The translations under genes were made by a program, and so were the position numbers. From Phoronis australis (lineage: Eukaryota; Animalia; Phoronida), in assembly GCA_002633005.1 (NCBI GenBank), contig NMRA01000547.1, positions 73,561-137,560 of the forward strand: a stretch of 64,000 nt of DNA. Direction: 5' to 3'. This document shows, piece after piece, positions 1 to 13,562 of the stretch; positions within the stretch are counted from its first letter, which is position 1; each line of letters opens with the position of its first letter. The notes under the pieces were generated by a model. It searched no databases, had not been told where the DNA came from, and was given only the letters and a program-made list of their open reading frames with translations.

Positions 1-1134
1 TTTACGATATTCCTCCGTTGCCAATGTTCCCCAAAACTGCGATGTCAAGTCTATTCCGATATTTCCCGCTCGATGCTCCCTAAGCCCATGCCCGTAGCTA
101 GCTGTGTGCATCTCCTACCCACTATCGCCAATTTTCAGTCAGTCTACGTCGTAGATATTTCAGACTCGAATGGTAAGGAACTGGCCAATGTATAAACAAA
201 ATTATTCTGGATGGCAAAAAGGGGATGTGGAAACGATATTTCACAGTCACGCTTATACGTGGGGGCTGACGCAAGAAAAAAATAAAGAACAGCCAGCGAC
301 AATAGTTAAATCTGGTAACGCCAGTTTGACTGAGATGCAATAAGCAAAAAACAAAATTTGACTAGCTGCTTTTTATTACTTCAAGATCATACACAAACAA
401 ACATTATTGCCAACCTTTGAATTCAGAAATCGATAGGCAGCAACGAAATCGGTAACCCAGTAAGGCACTTGTACTGTCCCTTCGGTCACCACACGTCCTC
501 TACAACCCGGCAGTTACATTCATCAAAATGAGAATTTGAAATCTTTCCGTGAGTTGTGAGATTTCTTCAAAATACGAGAGCTTCCCATCTTAAGAGAATT
601 TGGAGGGTTGGCAAAACCATTGTCACATTTGTCTGGCCTGATTTTTTCGAATATATATTTTATCTAGTGCACTGCAGACCGAAACTTAGTGCGGCAGACA
701 AAGTCGCTGAAAGCGGAGGTTTTGACGCCGGCGGCGTTCTTAAGCTTTGTAAACATGGGAAGAAAATAAAGTGACAAAAACGTTCAAGTATTATATTTTG
801 AAGTGAGTCCATGGCCCAAGACAATAACTCCTTACTTGTATTGTAATTCACGTTGCTAGACCACCGTCTTGAAGGCCCGGCGTTGTTACGCTCATTGTGA
901 TCATCGATCTTTTTGTAAAAGTCGGGGAATCACCGTTTCCTTAGCACTGGGCGCTAAATCTTCATTCTTTAAAAGTCCGGGATGGGCGCTTAACCGAGAG
1001 GTGGGCCCTTAACTGGAAATCTTCAAAAATCGTAGGGGGCGCTTAACTGAGCAGTGGGCGGTTAAATCGAGAATCCACCTAAAGTAGGGGGTGGGCGGTT
1101 AACTGAGCATGGGCGTTAACCCGAACGATTACAG
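1..1134. mobile_element. Tc1/mariner-pogo-like non-autonomous DNA element, right end (left end outside window or lost)
   Basis: Ends ...CGATTACAG|TA, with about six subterminal GGGCG(C/G)TTAAC(C/T)GA repeats at 980-1125; terminus resembles those at 51395, 56002 and 29906. Confidence 0.5.
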
Positions 1135-3245
1135 TAGTACTTCATCAGCATATTCACAATGTAACAAAACATAGCATCCTCAACATAAGTACCCTACCAG
1201 CCCAATACGTGTTGTGACACTTTTTCTCAGCAGAAAACTAAATCTTTATTAACAAAATCTGCAGCTAATTCATATTTATGTATATCATAGTCCAAAGCAG
1301 AGTCTTCATCTTCTTCTTCTTGCCAATAACTTATTATGTATTTTTGCTCTTCCAGGTACTGACGAGCTAAGCCAGGTTTATCAGAAACTAGCGACAGCTT
1401 TCTTTTTTTTGTTGGTGGCATCCTGAAAGGCAATTGTACTCCACTAGCTGTGTATCAAAATGAACTAAAAATTTAGATGACAGTAATGCACTTGATTTCC
1501 GCACTGAAAACACTTTGATGAAATGTTGTTTTGCAAAAATGACATCTGCTATCAGTTATCAAAGAAGTTTTTTTCCATCTAAGTTTCTTGAGGTGAGATT
1601 GTAAAGAAACCACATTTACCATAAAAATATGTTGAAAACAAAAAACAAAATTTCATATTGAAATTTATCAAGCAAGTTTGAAATAACAAGAACAATGAAA
1701 ATGCATTGATGAAATCGTTTGTTCTGTCAATATGAATATAAAGAATTTCAAAAATGTTGACAAAAGGCTAGCTCATCCAGTAATGTGCACTGTTTGCATT
1801 CGTCAGTCAGCTGTTCTTTGTTTGGCAGCCGCTGTTCATTTATTTAACAAATAAACCAATCAGATTGTCAGAACCATGTCATGTGACCTGGGTTCCTGCG
1901 ACAAAAATCAACAAGAATCATTGTATTTAGACCACAAATAACAATTAATATCCCCAAATGTAAATCTAAATTGTACTTAGCAACTTTCAAAATGCAAAAC
2001 AATTGCAGAAAATGAACTGGTCATGAGAAAAACGATGTGTTTCATGACCAAGCAAATTTCCGTTCATCCAACATGGCCGTAACACTACAAATCTGGGTAC
2101 CATAGTTGGGGATTGAAAAAACTATGAGGGCATCGATAGATCTTCACAAAAATTGGCATGTAGATTCATATAGCCAAGGGTTAAATTTATGGCATGTGAT
2201 ATATTCATACAAGAACGTAACTTACCTGAAGAAATGCGATGACTTGAAGATAAACAACAACTTTCCTACATGAACAGCATGGGAATGAAAACGTGAAAAC
2301 AACTCAATTCATGACGTATGCATTCAGGAATGTGTGTTCTACGTCATCCAAACCTTCGGTGCTTTGTTCCTACAGTTTTTATGGAGAGCAAGTGGATTTT
2401 CGAGGGGTAGGTTCAAACAATGGTTAAAAAGCGGTGACCGCCATTATCGGAGAACCAATCAGCGATTAGATAAGATTATGTCACGTCCCTAAAACTATGG
2501 AATGTACGGCCACACGAGCAGCTGAACTTAGCGATGTTGCTTGATAACTCGAAGGCTATAATAAACACAAATATATTAGTTCCAAGATACACACTTTTCA
2601 GCTTGGTGGCTGTGGTGCAGGGCTATCTCAGATTTTGACTACAGAGTTTCCTACGTCTGCCTGCCTTTTGTCTCCGCACCTGCTGGATCTCAGCACTCTA
2701 GCGGTAGTACCCGGAAATTGTTGTTTTCAAGGACATTTTTATTTTGTTTTTTTATTTATTTCAACCTAATGGACATTATTTTGTTTCGTATCAGAGGTAC
2801 ATTTTTGTTATTCATAAACCGTAGGCTGGCGTTCAACTGAACTTCTCTCACAGTCAAAATTCAGAGATTCGATCGGCACATGGAAGGGCACTGGATTACT
2901 GCCGGAACTCAAAGCCTTGGTCGAGCTGTTGTCACTAAAAATATACTGTTGAATTACCTTTTGACGTGTACCTCAAGTATACACTATGTCTGTAGAGTTA
3001 GAGAGAGCTCATTTTGAAGTTGTTCAAACATGATATTTAGATTTATGAAGCTTAAACAAAGAATTTGAGTTATTTTTGTAAATACACCAGACTTGTAATC
3101 TTTTGTAATCATACTACAACTTAGTGATCATGCTACCTTCAAAATTAAATGAAAGCTACCTTTATGGAATGAAACTACAAAAAATGCCAAGTTTATAAGA
3201 AGGCAGGCCTAATTTAAATGTCTTAATAGTGAAAACGGACAATTC

Positions 3246-3578
3246 GGGCGGATTTAGGGAGGGGGGCAGGGGTCCCAGTCCCCCCCTTTGGCTGCCGCAA
3301 GCAAAATGAAACAGCAAGAGCGTGAAGCGTGAGGAAATATTGAGTTCAGTAACTAGGACTGGTAGCGGAAGAGGGGGGCTCAGACCCAGTTCGCGGCGGA
3401 ATCGTCAGTGTTCCTGTTTTTTTAGTCCACCAATAGATTTTCTGCACAGAATGTCCAATGGTCTACATCCATGGCCCCTGCAACTTTCAGGCCGCCTGTG
3501 CACATACAATCGCACTTTTCCCAATGCCACGGGGCAACATATGTTGGGCCCCCTTGTGGTATCCTAGATCCGCCACTG
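3246..3578 (-). mobile_element. short internally deleted copy of the hAT-like (5-bp TSD) family
   Basis: GGCGGATTTAGGG...CCTAGATCCGCCACTG termini shared with 13563-14484 and 60015-61006; flanks aattc/tattc. Confidence 0.65.
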
Positions 3579-3587
3579 TATTCCATA

Positions 3588-4290
3588 CATTAATTTGACT
3601 TAGACACCGCCCTCAGTAGACCTACCGGAGCTAACTGTTTGCCTAGGCGAGATGAGTGTGTACCTGAGCTATGAACCTGAATTTTTTATCAAAATATTTC
3701 GTTACAAGATTAGAAAAGCGTAAACAGTGCTATCGAGTCGACCTAGTCAGAGACTATAGTGCATGTGTTGTGTGTAATGTATGACTTACTTTACTCCAGG
3801 AGTCCCACCAGGTGTGCGTTCAGTAGCCGCTAGGACCTACGCTAGGACCTACGCTAGGACCTAGCTAAAACCTAATCAAAGTCACGTGCTTTTATTTAAA
3901 ATACACGGCAATATCTCATGTAATCGGTGAATCTTCAATGATTTTATTCGAAAGATCATGAAATCTATGGAGATGATTTGACTTTAAGGTACATACCCAG
4001 CTTTACATGAACATATCGTATCAGTGGCCTTGTCATTTGTGCCCCCGAGGCCGAAGAGGGGTTCTTCAGATTTTAGCTGGCTCCTGGAGCACTTATTTTT
4101 TCATCTCCACCTTTACAAATTCCCATATCATGAACATACGATTCTCGGTTGAAAAGCATTCGCCTCTTGTCTCTGTCGAAGCGTTTTCAAATAGTGCAAA
4201 AACACTCATCGATTCCACCAGGAATGTCGTTTAGCGACAGTGTATTTGCCTCTGACATCTCGATCGAATGTCGGGTATCACGTGACTTTT
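3588..4290 (-). mobile_element. decayed DNA transposon fragment with SWIM zinc-finger exon relic (Kolobok-associated type); second copy at 12385-12985
   Basis: Direct repeat of 12385-12985; minus strand reads ESYVHD...RSQLKSEEP...KATDTICSCKAG|gtatgt. Confidence 0.5.
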
Positions 4291-4739
4291 TGCATAGGGG
4301 CGGAGCTTGCGATAGGTCAATTGCCTCTCGACTCTGATCACCGCCCCTCAGTGGTTGCACGCCCATTCACGCACACGCTACCTTGTTGACCAAAATGCTG
4401 AACGACATGTCTACTGTTTTTTTAACTAATTGGTGGAAGTCTCGCGTTTTCTTGGGGGTCATTTTTTGTTCTCTCGAGACCGTGAGTTAGTTCGTGTTGA
4501 GGAGAAGACAATGTTAGTCCTCTCGCGAACATCAGATTTTTTGCATTCGTGAGAAGTAAATGTTTGTCTTCTCATGAATGTAAATTCGTTTTCGTTTGCG
4601 AGAATGCTATATTTGTCCTCATGCGAACGTTAGTTCGTTCGCCGATATATTGTATTGATGGAAAACGCTCAGGGTAGGCAAACATAATTTGTTGAATATT
4701 TTCTCAAATGATGTCGATTTCACGAAATTGTGTGTCGAA

Positions 4740-5620
4740 AGTGGTGGTTCAAAACAGAAAAATGAAAAAATGTCTTTTAAAGTTCTGTTTGGTTTAGATG
4801 AATCCAACACGGCCCCACCCCCACATATACACACACCCATAGGTCCCCCTCCTAGCTCTGTATCTGCTGATTGCACGACCATTAATATTGCCGGCGCAAT
4901 GGGTAATTTTTTAACGGAGTCATCGAGTATTTATGCTATAATTAAGGCTTTGTCATAACGATATGTATAGTTAGATATGACGTAATTAGCAGGTACAACG
5001 GCCAAAGGACAAAATGTCTTTTAAACTTCCGTAAGATTTAGATGAGTCCAATCCCCCACCCTCCACACCCACACCCATTCCTTACCAGGTCCCCCCTCCA
5101 CCGTATCATAACGCTTAATCGTCGTGAGAGACCGTCCGGAGTTGGTATGTGGTGCAACTCGGGACGGTCTGGGGTCTACAGAAAACCATAGTTCAACTGT
5201 GAGTCTATACCAATGTGATAATCGAGAGTAGTTCTACTTGCTGCGTCAGCTGCTGGTATGCTTATCTCTTTTATGACACACAATGTGCGACTGGGCAAAG
5301 TGTTTTCATAATAATGTGGATAAATCAGTGGAGTGTGAAACCCCTGAGGTCCCTGTCAAGTCCTCACGGCAATTTCACGTTATGTCCTCTGATTGCATGA
5401 CCCACGATCTACCGGTGTAATTATTGGGTAATTTTTTCACGGAGTCATTTATTCTACAGTGGTCGTACTCGACTGGTAGTTATGACGAGATTAGCGGGTG
5501 AAATGGCAAAACGACAAAATGTGTTTCAAAATTCCCTTTAGGTTAGATGAGTCCAACCCAACCCCACACGTATACACCCACTCCTTACTAGGTCCCTCCC
5601 TCCTAGCTCCGTATCACATT
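4740..5620. repeat. degenerate ~245-bp tandem units (GATGAGTCCAA + C-rich tract); same family at 7920-8400
   Basis: Motifs ctgattgcacgacc, ttttttcacggagtcat, caaaatgtcttttaaa and tagatgagtccaa recur near 4800, 5045 and 5550, and again near 8095 and 8262. Confidence 0.65.
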
Positions 5621-5878
5621 CATTCTCAATGAATCGCAACAAAGGATGAAGCCAATGTTCAGCTCACCACAGAGAATGTCCGAAGTCATAGAAAAACGTC
5701 AAAAGACCTTTAAAATACTTCTTATGACCGGCTACAGTTTCAAATGGTAGGTGTCACAATGTACTACGTAGCTTAGGGTTCCATAAAATTGCGTGAAGCT
5801 GAAAAAATAACAGCATAGAAACAAGCCATTCTTTGTTACAAAACTTCTTTTATTAAAGAAAACAACAATGGTTTTAAG

Positions 5879-5924
5879 ACTTGACATGTTTCGGTGTCAT
5901 TTATTCAACACCATCTTCAGAAGT
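5879..5924 (-). ncRNA. minimal type I hammerhead ribozyme (Penelope pLTR type)
   Basis: Minus strand ACTT-CTGAAGA-T-GGTGTT(gaataaat)GACACC-GAAA-CATG-TC-AAGT: core CUGANGA and GAAA, 6-bp stem II, palindromic stem III, GUC triplet, 4-bp stem I; AATAAA about 25 nt downstream. Confidence 0.7.
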
Positions 5925-6322
5925 TACGTTTTTGATTAACAAATAATAAATTTTAGCTACCAAAATGTTTACTGAGTTAAGCCAAATCTCAAATCATTTA
6001 TGAGACTTCATTGGGGTGTTTTTGTACGTATACATTTCAATAGATATCTTAGTGAATTCATGATCAATAATTTGTAATACACGAAAAATGATGACATTAA
6101 TTTTTTACACCTGTGCCTAATCTGAAGTTGGCTGTGTGGCACTGCTTTTCGAGAAGCACAGTGCTGTTGTCATTTTTATTATAGTCAGTTACATCAACTT
6201 GCACAGGTGACAAGAAATAGCCTTAAATGTGTATACTACCCGTCATTATTTCATACCAGTTATTTCCTGGAGTGTTCGTAGTTGTAAATAATAGCCAACG
6301 TCACAATATCACTTACGGGACA

Positions 6323-7313
6323 TGTTGTGTCATATATGAGACGTCTTTAAATTCACTTAATAAGTATTTCTGAGTCATTACATTACCGGATATTGGCTAC
6401 CAGTTTTTGAATGATCGTGTCGTGGTGAATATCTTGCCGGTGGGCGGTTGAAACAACACAATTTGATTTGGATGTAATAATGAGTATATTGACTAAATGT
6501 TTGAATTTCCCTAAATGAATAATAATAAAGAGTAACAAAGAAGGCTAATTTAATCAGTCTGTGATCACGTTTCCTGTTCCTGGCATCGGCCTTGGATCCA
6601 GTGTTACACTCTTGATCATTCAATCCAGTGTTCCAAGCAGTCTTCACTTGATTAAATGCTTCGGAATAACTATGAAGTTCAGTCCATCGAACAACATATA
6701 TGTTAACATTGAATTCAGTCCATCGAATTCTAGATACAATGTATCCTCTTTGAAATTCTGCTACACGTATCCGATTGAAATTCAGTCTATCGAATTTCTA
6801 TAACCAGTAGCATCTCTTCAGGAATATCTGCGATATCTCTCTAGCAAGCTGGTTGCCTCTCTTCAAAAAATATCTAATACCTCTGTACCAATCTGGTTGC
6901 CTCTCGTTGGAAATATGGCTGCTTGAGGAGCTAACGGTATACTTATGCTCAAACAGAATAAAGGTGGGCGAGTTAGATCAAAACATAAAACCCACAAACT
7001 TCCTCCAAATGTACTCATAGTTCCAAAACAACTCCCGGAACAACATCATAAGATTCTAATTATGAACCTAAGCTTTCGCCAAATATGGTCACGGACAGAC
7101 AAACTTTAAGTAATTTCAGCTGAATAATAACAAGACTATTGTTGTCAGAACTGGCTAACCCCACAGTTGACCAATTCCGGTGAATTTAAAGTAATTCTGC
7201 TTGCATAGCATAAACACATGGTTAGAGACGAACATGCTGATTCATTTCCTATGCACTCATAGGAGGCAATAAATTTCAGTAAACAACTAATACCTTTAAT
7301 TAATAACACAACA
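6323..7313. mobile_element. possible solo LTR
   Basis: TGTTGTGTCA...TAACACAACA inverted termini (TG...CA), ~990 bp, internal short direct repeats (ttcagtccatcgaa, ctggttgcctctc); no clear TSD. Confidence 0.3.
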
Positions 7314-7919
7314 ACCATTATATACTTAATTAATACTAATACTTCTCATGTAATATTATTCTCATGTACATAGTCAACCCAAGTTGTAAGATGTTTTTAT
7401 CCTACTTTAATGATAAATAAATGACATGTTCATCCTTCATAAAATCTCCCGTAACAGATTGATAGTCGCTAATGAAGATTAAGACAAGTGCAAACATCAC
7501 AGTACCTCTTTTGATATAACACCGTTATAAACAAACTGCGTGTTTGAAAAAAATCAAAAATGTAATTCAAAAGTATAATTTCCATATGTCCATGAAGACT
7601 ACACAAGAAAGAAGAAAATACTAAGAGCTGTTTTTCTCGGTTTTACCAAGCATGCTGATTGATAAAATTTGCACAGTGAAATTGTTTGTTGTTAAAGGTA
7701 ACAAACTACAGCATTTTTCAGTTTTCAAATAAATTATCCAGTTACTCTAATAAAACATCAAATAACTCTTATAACTGCAATGCTGAGCTCATGAAAATCT
7801 TCATAACTTGTTATTTATACGTTAAACTAAGAAAAAATAATATGTTAGCTCCAGACGAGGACTCTTGAAAATCGAGTTTCTCAGGTGTCGAATTGTCACG
7901 ATGCATTGAGAATGGCTCA

Positions 7920-8400
7920 TCAGCTGATTGCACAACTACTGATATTGCCAGCACAATTGGTCATTTTTTCATGGAGTCATCGATTATTTATGTTACAATT
8001 AAGGCCGCGTTACAACTACATGCATAGTTAGATATAACGTAATTAGGGTATAGCAGCAAAATGAAAAAATGTTTTTAAACTTCCAGTTAGATGAGTCCAA
8101 CCCCCCACCCTTTCAATGGGTCATTTTTTTCACGGAGTCATTATTTATACTACACTTACCGTTCTTGCGACCGGTAATTATTTCTATGACGTACGTGATG
8201 AGCTGGTAAAACGGCAAAACTACAAAATCTCATTTAAACTTTCGTCTGGGTTATAGGTGAGTCCAATCCCCCCACACACCAGGCCCACTCCTTACTAGTT
8301 CCCCTTCCTGTGTAACTGCTGATTGCATGACCAACGATATTTCCGGTGCAATGCGGGTCATTGTTTTCACAGTCATTACTAATGCTACACTGGCCATACT
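7920..8400. repeat. further units of the ~245-bp repeat family seen at 4740-5620
   Basis: Shared motifs as above. Confidence 0.6.
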
Positions 8401-8458
8401 TGAGTTTGACACAGGACTAACCAGCCCATAATTTCATGCTATTTACATTTAATTTCAG

Positions 8459-9230
8459 ATGGTGAGCTGTAATACTCCACTGAAAAAGGCAAGGTCTAAG
8501 ACATGCATTTTAGTGGACAACTGTTATACTCTGACTCACCACACAATGTTAAAATAATGATACATTAAAACAGAGGTACTTGGATTTTTTGCACTCGTTG
8601 ACATTCAATTCAACAATGATTTGCTGGACGCCAGGCCTGTGTTTAGCTACAGCTCATGCATTTTGTTTTGTTCAAAAGGGACACCTACAGCTGCAGAAAT
8701 CAATAAGAATGGAGGTCAACAATCTCATTGCTCAGTCTGAAGATCAACAGAAACATTTACTAAATGATTCACCATCTGTTTCTAAGAAGAACCCAACAGG
8801 AGCAAAGAGATTGTTAAATTTTGAGTCCGAGTTAGTTGACCATGGGTATTCAGTATCTGAGGATTATCAACAACCCTTTCCTCTCAAACAGGACTCAAGA
8901 TTGAACTCCAAATTGATTGGAAAGTGTTGTTTAAAGTCAGTACATCTTTGGATGATCTTTTCAAGACTTCAGACAGAAGTGTGCTTAGACTTCCCATGAG
9001 GGACCAGGAGGACAAGCTCTTCTTTGGAAAATTGTGAAAGAATTGGAAAATCGTCCAAATGGGCTACCACCTCTCTTACTGTGTGTCATTCACTAAATAT
9101 CGATATGACTAAGAATGACTTCACTGTAGCCATATTGTATGGGATAGCTATGTTTGCCAGAAACCCCCAACTCTGTGCTGTACAGAGGCTATTGACTGCT
9201 GCGTGCATTCGTCATCATGCTGACAATGGT
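8459..9230 (+). pseudogene. frameshifted exon of a DNA-transposon protein (Academ/DUF6589-associated N-terminal region, tentative)
   Basis: tttcag acceptor before 8459 and gtaagt donor after 9230; frames read SVLRLP...KIVKELENR...VAILYGIAMFARNPQLCAVQRLLT, a pattern I recall upstream of DUF6589; contains stops and frameshifts. Confidence 0.4.
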
Positions 9231-10084
9231 GTAAGTTTGAATATTTTTCATTCCAAGAGATGGATCACATTTATAGCTTATAATTGTTTTTAAGATATAA
9301 TTTTAAGCAAAGGTGACACAGTTGATGATAACAATTATTTGATGATATAATACGTTAAATATTCTCCAGATTGAGACATCCTCCTAAATTCAGAACACAG
9401 CAATCATTGCTGAAATTTATTTTTTTTCCTCCTTTTTTTCTGACAGACAGTTGTGTGAATTTCTAAAAATTGGGACAAGCTTCGACTTTGATCAAAATAA
9501 TTGTTCACTGTCCCAAACTGGAGAATTTTTTTCGTAATTAATTTTTGAAATTCAGTGTGTAGTAAAACTGATTGATAACTATTCTTGTTTATAAGAGGAC
9601 CTGGTTTAAGAAAAGAGGTTGTAAAAGCGATGACAACTTATTGTTAGTTTTTGATCTTAAGTGATGGTGTGGTAGTTTACACCAGCTTTACTTTATATCG
9701 GTAAAAATGTCACTCACGAATGGTAGAAATGAAAAGTGACAACAGATATATCTATAGTCCATTTCAGTTAATGACTATGAAGCAGATGAGAGTGAAACTT
9801 AATTAGTTTAGTTAATTGTGAACCCATCCCTGAACTTAGAGCTACACTAAACATTACACAGCGAACAAAACTACATGTTTCATTAGTTCAAGTTTAGCCT
9901 TTATTAGAACTCAAGTCATAAAGTGCAAATATGGTGATAGCCAAGCTGAAGATTTGGAGTCTCTGGAGAATTTCGGTTGCACTGACTATATAACTATGCT
10001 AGCTTTTTGTCAGTCATAAAAAATGAATAGTGTGCACAAGTTAAATACAACTGTGTCCTAGTGAAATATCTAATTAAATGAGAT

Positions 10085-10545
10085 TGAAAGAATACTAAAA
10101 GAATAATGCATGTGATATTGTGAACTCGGATCAGCGTGTGTAAATCCAGAGAGTATATCAGTACCCACGGTCGTTTGTCTTCAATCGCTCCCAATGTTTG
10201 TAGTTTTTAGCTTATTAGTTCATCGATTTCTAAAAATCGAAAAACCTTACTTGGTTGCTTTTTGCAGCTGATTATCGCCACGGTGTTCGTTTTTAAAGAA
10301 AATTGGTTAATGCATTTTTAAAATTCCCCATTATGTACAGGCAGAGATGTTTATTACAGTTTATGGATCGAGTAATTACACTTAATTGGGTCTTGCTGGA
10401 ACCGGACAATGCGGTCATCACAACTGTATCCGACTCCAGAGCCGCACTCTCTTTGATCCTAGTAAAAGCCGTTCAGTAGGACCAGCTGTGAAAATTCCGG
10501 CATATCTTTAGAAATGCCTGACTTCCTTGTGAGCGTGTTATTCAC
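10085..10545. repeat. interspersed repeat; inverted copy at 56540-56995
   Basis: e.g. cacttaattgggtcttg and caatgtttgtagttt are reverse-complemented near 56700 and 56890. Confidence 0.7.
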
Positions 10546-10576
10546 AGTATGTCTCTAAGTAAATCCCAATCCAAGA

Positions 10577-11330
10577 CCATCAGTTATTAAAGGATTTTTC
10601 TAAAACCCCCTCGACCCCAACACCCCATGACCCCCTCAACACTCTACTTTACCTATTTCATAATGTTATTATGTAGCTGTGAGACTTTCCCAAAAGGCAT
10701 ACCTACACGCGAGTCTGCTGTGGCTCAAGTCTGGTGATTAAAAACATAAAGTGGCATGAGAACATGGCCTGAATGAAATAGCGCATTGTGAGTCTGTGTC
10801 ACGGAAATAGTTCCACTAGTGGCTACTAATGGCCCAGTTCTTCTAAACTTAGGGAGAGAGTGCGTTAACGTGAACGTACATAATTTTACATTTTTATTTT
10901 ACTTTCTGCTGTATACTCATTTACAATATACTCCAAACTGTATTTACTGATGAAATTAGTTTTGTTGATTCCTCACACTCTGCAAAAAAGGTTGAATCTG
11001 CCATTTACTGAAGAACAGACAAGATGATTACACTCTGCTAGGAACATTTGTAACGTTGGTAGGTCTTTAGATTTGATCGCGTTGTTTTTTTTTTCTGTTT
11101 TTGGCTTTCAGACTTGCCAAATCGACTTATCTAATTGCAAAAAAAAACCCGGAAAAGCCAGCCGAGCTCATGGCCCAACTCGTTGGTCCTGCAAGTTAGC
11201 GCTTGTTCTATGTTCAGATCGAATCGAGCTTGTATAGACTGGGTCGAGGGGGTTGTAGGTCGTGGGTCGAGGGGGTCGGGGGCTGTGGGGGTCGAGAATT
11301 TTTAGAACAATCTGTTATTAAATTCATGGT
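10577..11330. mobile_element. MITE-like element with C-rich/G-rich inverted ends
   Basis: 10577-10640 (ttctaaaaccccctcgacccc) is the approximate reverse complement of 11260-11330. Confidence 0.4.
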
Positions 11331-11519
11331 AAAAATCTCAAACCTGGACCCCTTAATTACACATACATCACATAGTCACACTCACATAAATCTAGAAATG
11401 TCCTATGCTCTTGTACCTGAAGAACAAATAGCCTCTAATCCAGGGGACTCGACTGTGTGAATGGAGAGGAATCTGTGGGACTCCGGGGTTTGGTTGTGTG
11501 TGTATGGATCATTTTTGAC

Positions 11520-11760
11520 ACAACCCTTACTTAAGTTTTTCAGCACCATCTTAAGTTTTTCAGATAACTTACGTTTTTCATAAAACTTAATTTTTTTTCA
11601 AGAATAAAACTTGTTTGTGAAAACTTTTAAAACTTAAAAGTTTTTCATACTCATCAACAAATTAAACTATAATTTCTTCAAATCGTATGGAAAACTTAAG
11701 TTTTCTGTGAACTATAAGGTTTCTATGAGGTCAAAATTTATGTTTTCAAGTTTTGAATAT
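11520..11760. repeat. low-complexity array of degenerate palindromic AAAACTTAAGTTTT units
   Basis: Repeated cttaagtttttc / aaaacttaa. Confidence 0.55.
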
Positions 11761-12384
11761 TTTTTTTTTGAATATTGTGTGACATTTGATTTTTAATGTT
11801 CAAAGTTTGCCCAATTTTCCCAACAAAAAATTCTGGTTTGCTTTTGCAAAACCCATTAATTATTTAATAAAAATGTATCCATGTAAAATGGATAAATTCG
11901 TTGCCCTGAATGTTTCCTTAGCATTTATATTAATACAAACCATAAAAAGTAACTTTGAATTGGTTCAGGAAAGAATTAACTGCAATTAATCTTTATCGCA
12001 GGTCTTCATCAATTTTAATGAAGCCGACATCCGGCGTCCAACAGCGGGATAAATACACTGCAATGTCACTCCCGAGGATTGGTAGTGACTAAATATTTTT
12101 GAATATTGAAAAACAACAGCATTGGACATTATGGTCAGTATTAGTGGTTTTCATGGGGAAGTGCATGTTGGCATTTTCCACATAAATTCTCGATTTTGGC
12201 TTGATACAGCAATTTCTTGGTTTTGACTTCTTGGTACATAGTTATCAATTTTTGAGAGACCATGTCCAAGTTTAACTATTTAATGGAAAGACCTCTCACA
12301 CCAAGTTCAACCTTCTAGGAACAAGGTGTAAACATTTCTTTACTGACAGCAATTCTCATGTAAACAAGTATGGCCTATTTTGTG

Positions 12385-12985
12385 CATTAATTTGACTTGG
12401 ACACCTACCGGAGCTAACTGCTTGCTTAGCACAAGATGGGTGAGTACCTGAGCTGTGAATCTGCTAATAAAAATATCTTGATTGATTAGTAAAGCATAAA
12501 CAGTGCTATCAGCTCTATCTACTTTACTCAGGGAATCCCATGCTGTGACCTCCTTTTCGTTTGGCAGAATTTAGCAGACGGAATTAAAATAAATTTGGTG
12601 AGTCTTCGCTGATTTGTTCAAAATATCATGAAATCTATGGCATCGTACAGATAATCATGACTTTAAGGTACATACCCAGCTTTAGATGAGCATGTCGCAT
12701 CAGTGGCCTTGTCGTTTGTCAGATGCAGATCAACTGTGTGCAGTTCTTCAGACTTTTGTTGGCTCCCAAGACCTAAATACTTTATCGTGAACACTTATTA
12801 TTCTATCGTCACCTTTGTAAATTGTGACGTGGTGAACATACGGATCTATACTGAAGTGCATGGCTTGTTGTCTCTGTCGAAGAGTTTGGATAATCTAAGA
12901 AATACTCATCAATCCCATCAGGAATGTCGCCACAGTATATTCTTCTCCGACATATTGCTTGTATGTCGGGTATCACGACTTAGCA
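12385..12985 (-). mobile_element. second copy of the SWIM-relic element
   Basis: Collinear with 3588-4290; reads SQQKSEELHTVDLHLTNDKATDATCSSKAG|gtatgt. Confidence 0.5.
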
Positions 12986-13562
12986 AGGGGCATGTATGTA
13001 CACTCCTTAGTTGCATTCTCCAATATTACATTGATCACATGCGGGAGCTAGCATTCCAGGGCTAGAGTATTATGAAACTTATTCAAAAGGTGGTATTGTG
13101 GTGCCTTTGTCAGGCAAATACACCTATGAGTTTGTGTCAGCGGCTGTGAATGGTAACAACGTCATGACAACTAACTGTTTCTGTTCCGAAATGTTTGAAT
13201 AGAGGTGAAAATAAGTTCCTTGGCATTGCAGCATGTTCATGAAGGCAGGTTATTCATTCACTATCAATTATTGTGCAACAATCAAGAGAATTGGGTGGAG
13301 AAAACCCAAGGGTTGACAACACTCCCAGACAGCCGTAGCATACCCGCAAAAATCACCTTCGTCTACGACTCCGTCCTTGCTTTTTGAGTTTTTGTTTGAA
13401 TTAATTTGATTCACGGACTGGTTGAAAAGATAATTGAATGGCAGTGAGATACACAGACTACACAATTCCTTGGTGTGATGCATTGGTTATCTTCTTAGGA
13501 ATGTTGACTGAAATACTTTCCTGTATTGCACTGATTTGGGAAAGATATTAGGCTTATTTACT

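Noticed and set aside
1227-1433. ORF MPPTKKRK... with NLS-like and acidic stretch
   Set aside because: Short, with no recognisable domain, and the continuation is cut off by the element ending at 1134; possibly a TE relic but unsupported.
3828-3866. Three 12-bp GCTAGGACCTAC repeats
   Set aside because: Local slippage inside a TE copy; absent from the paralogue at 12385-12985.
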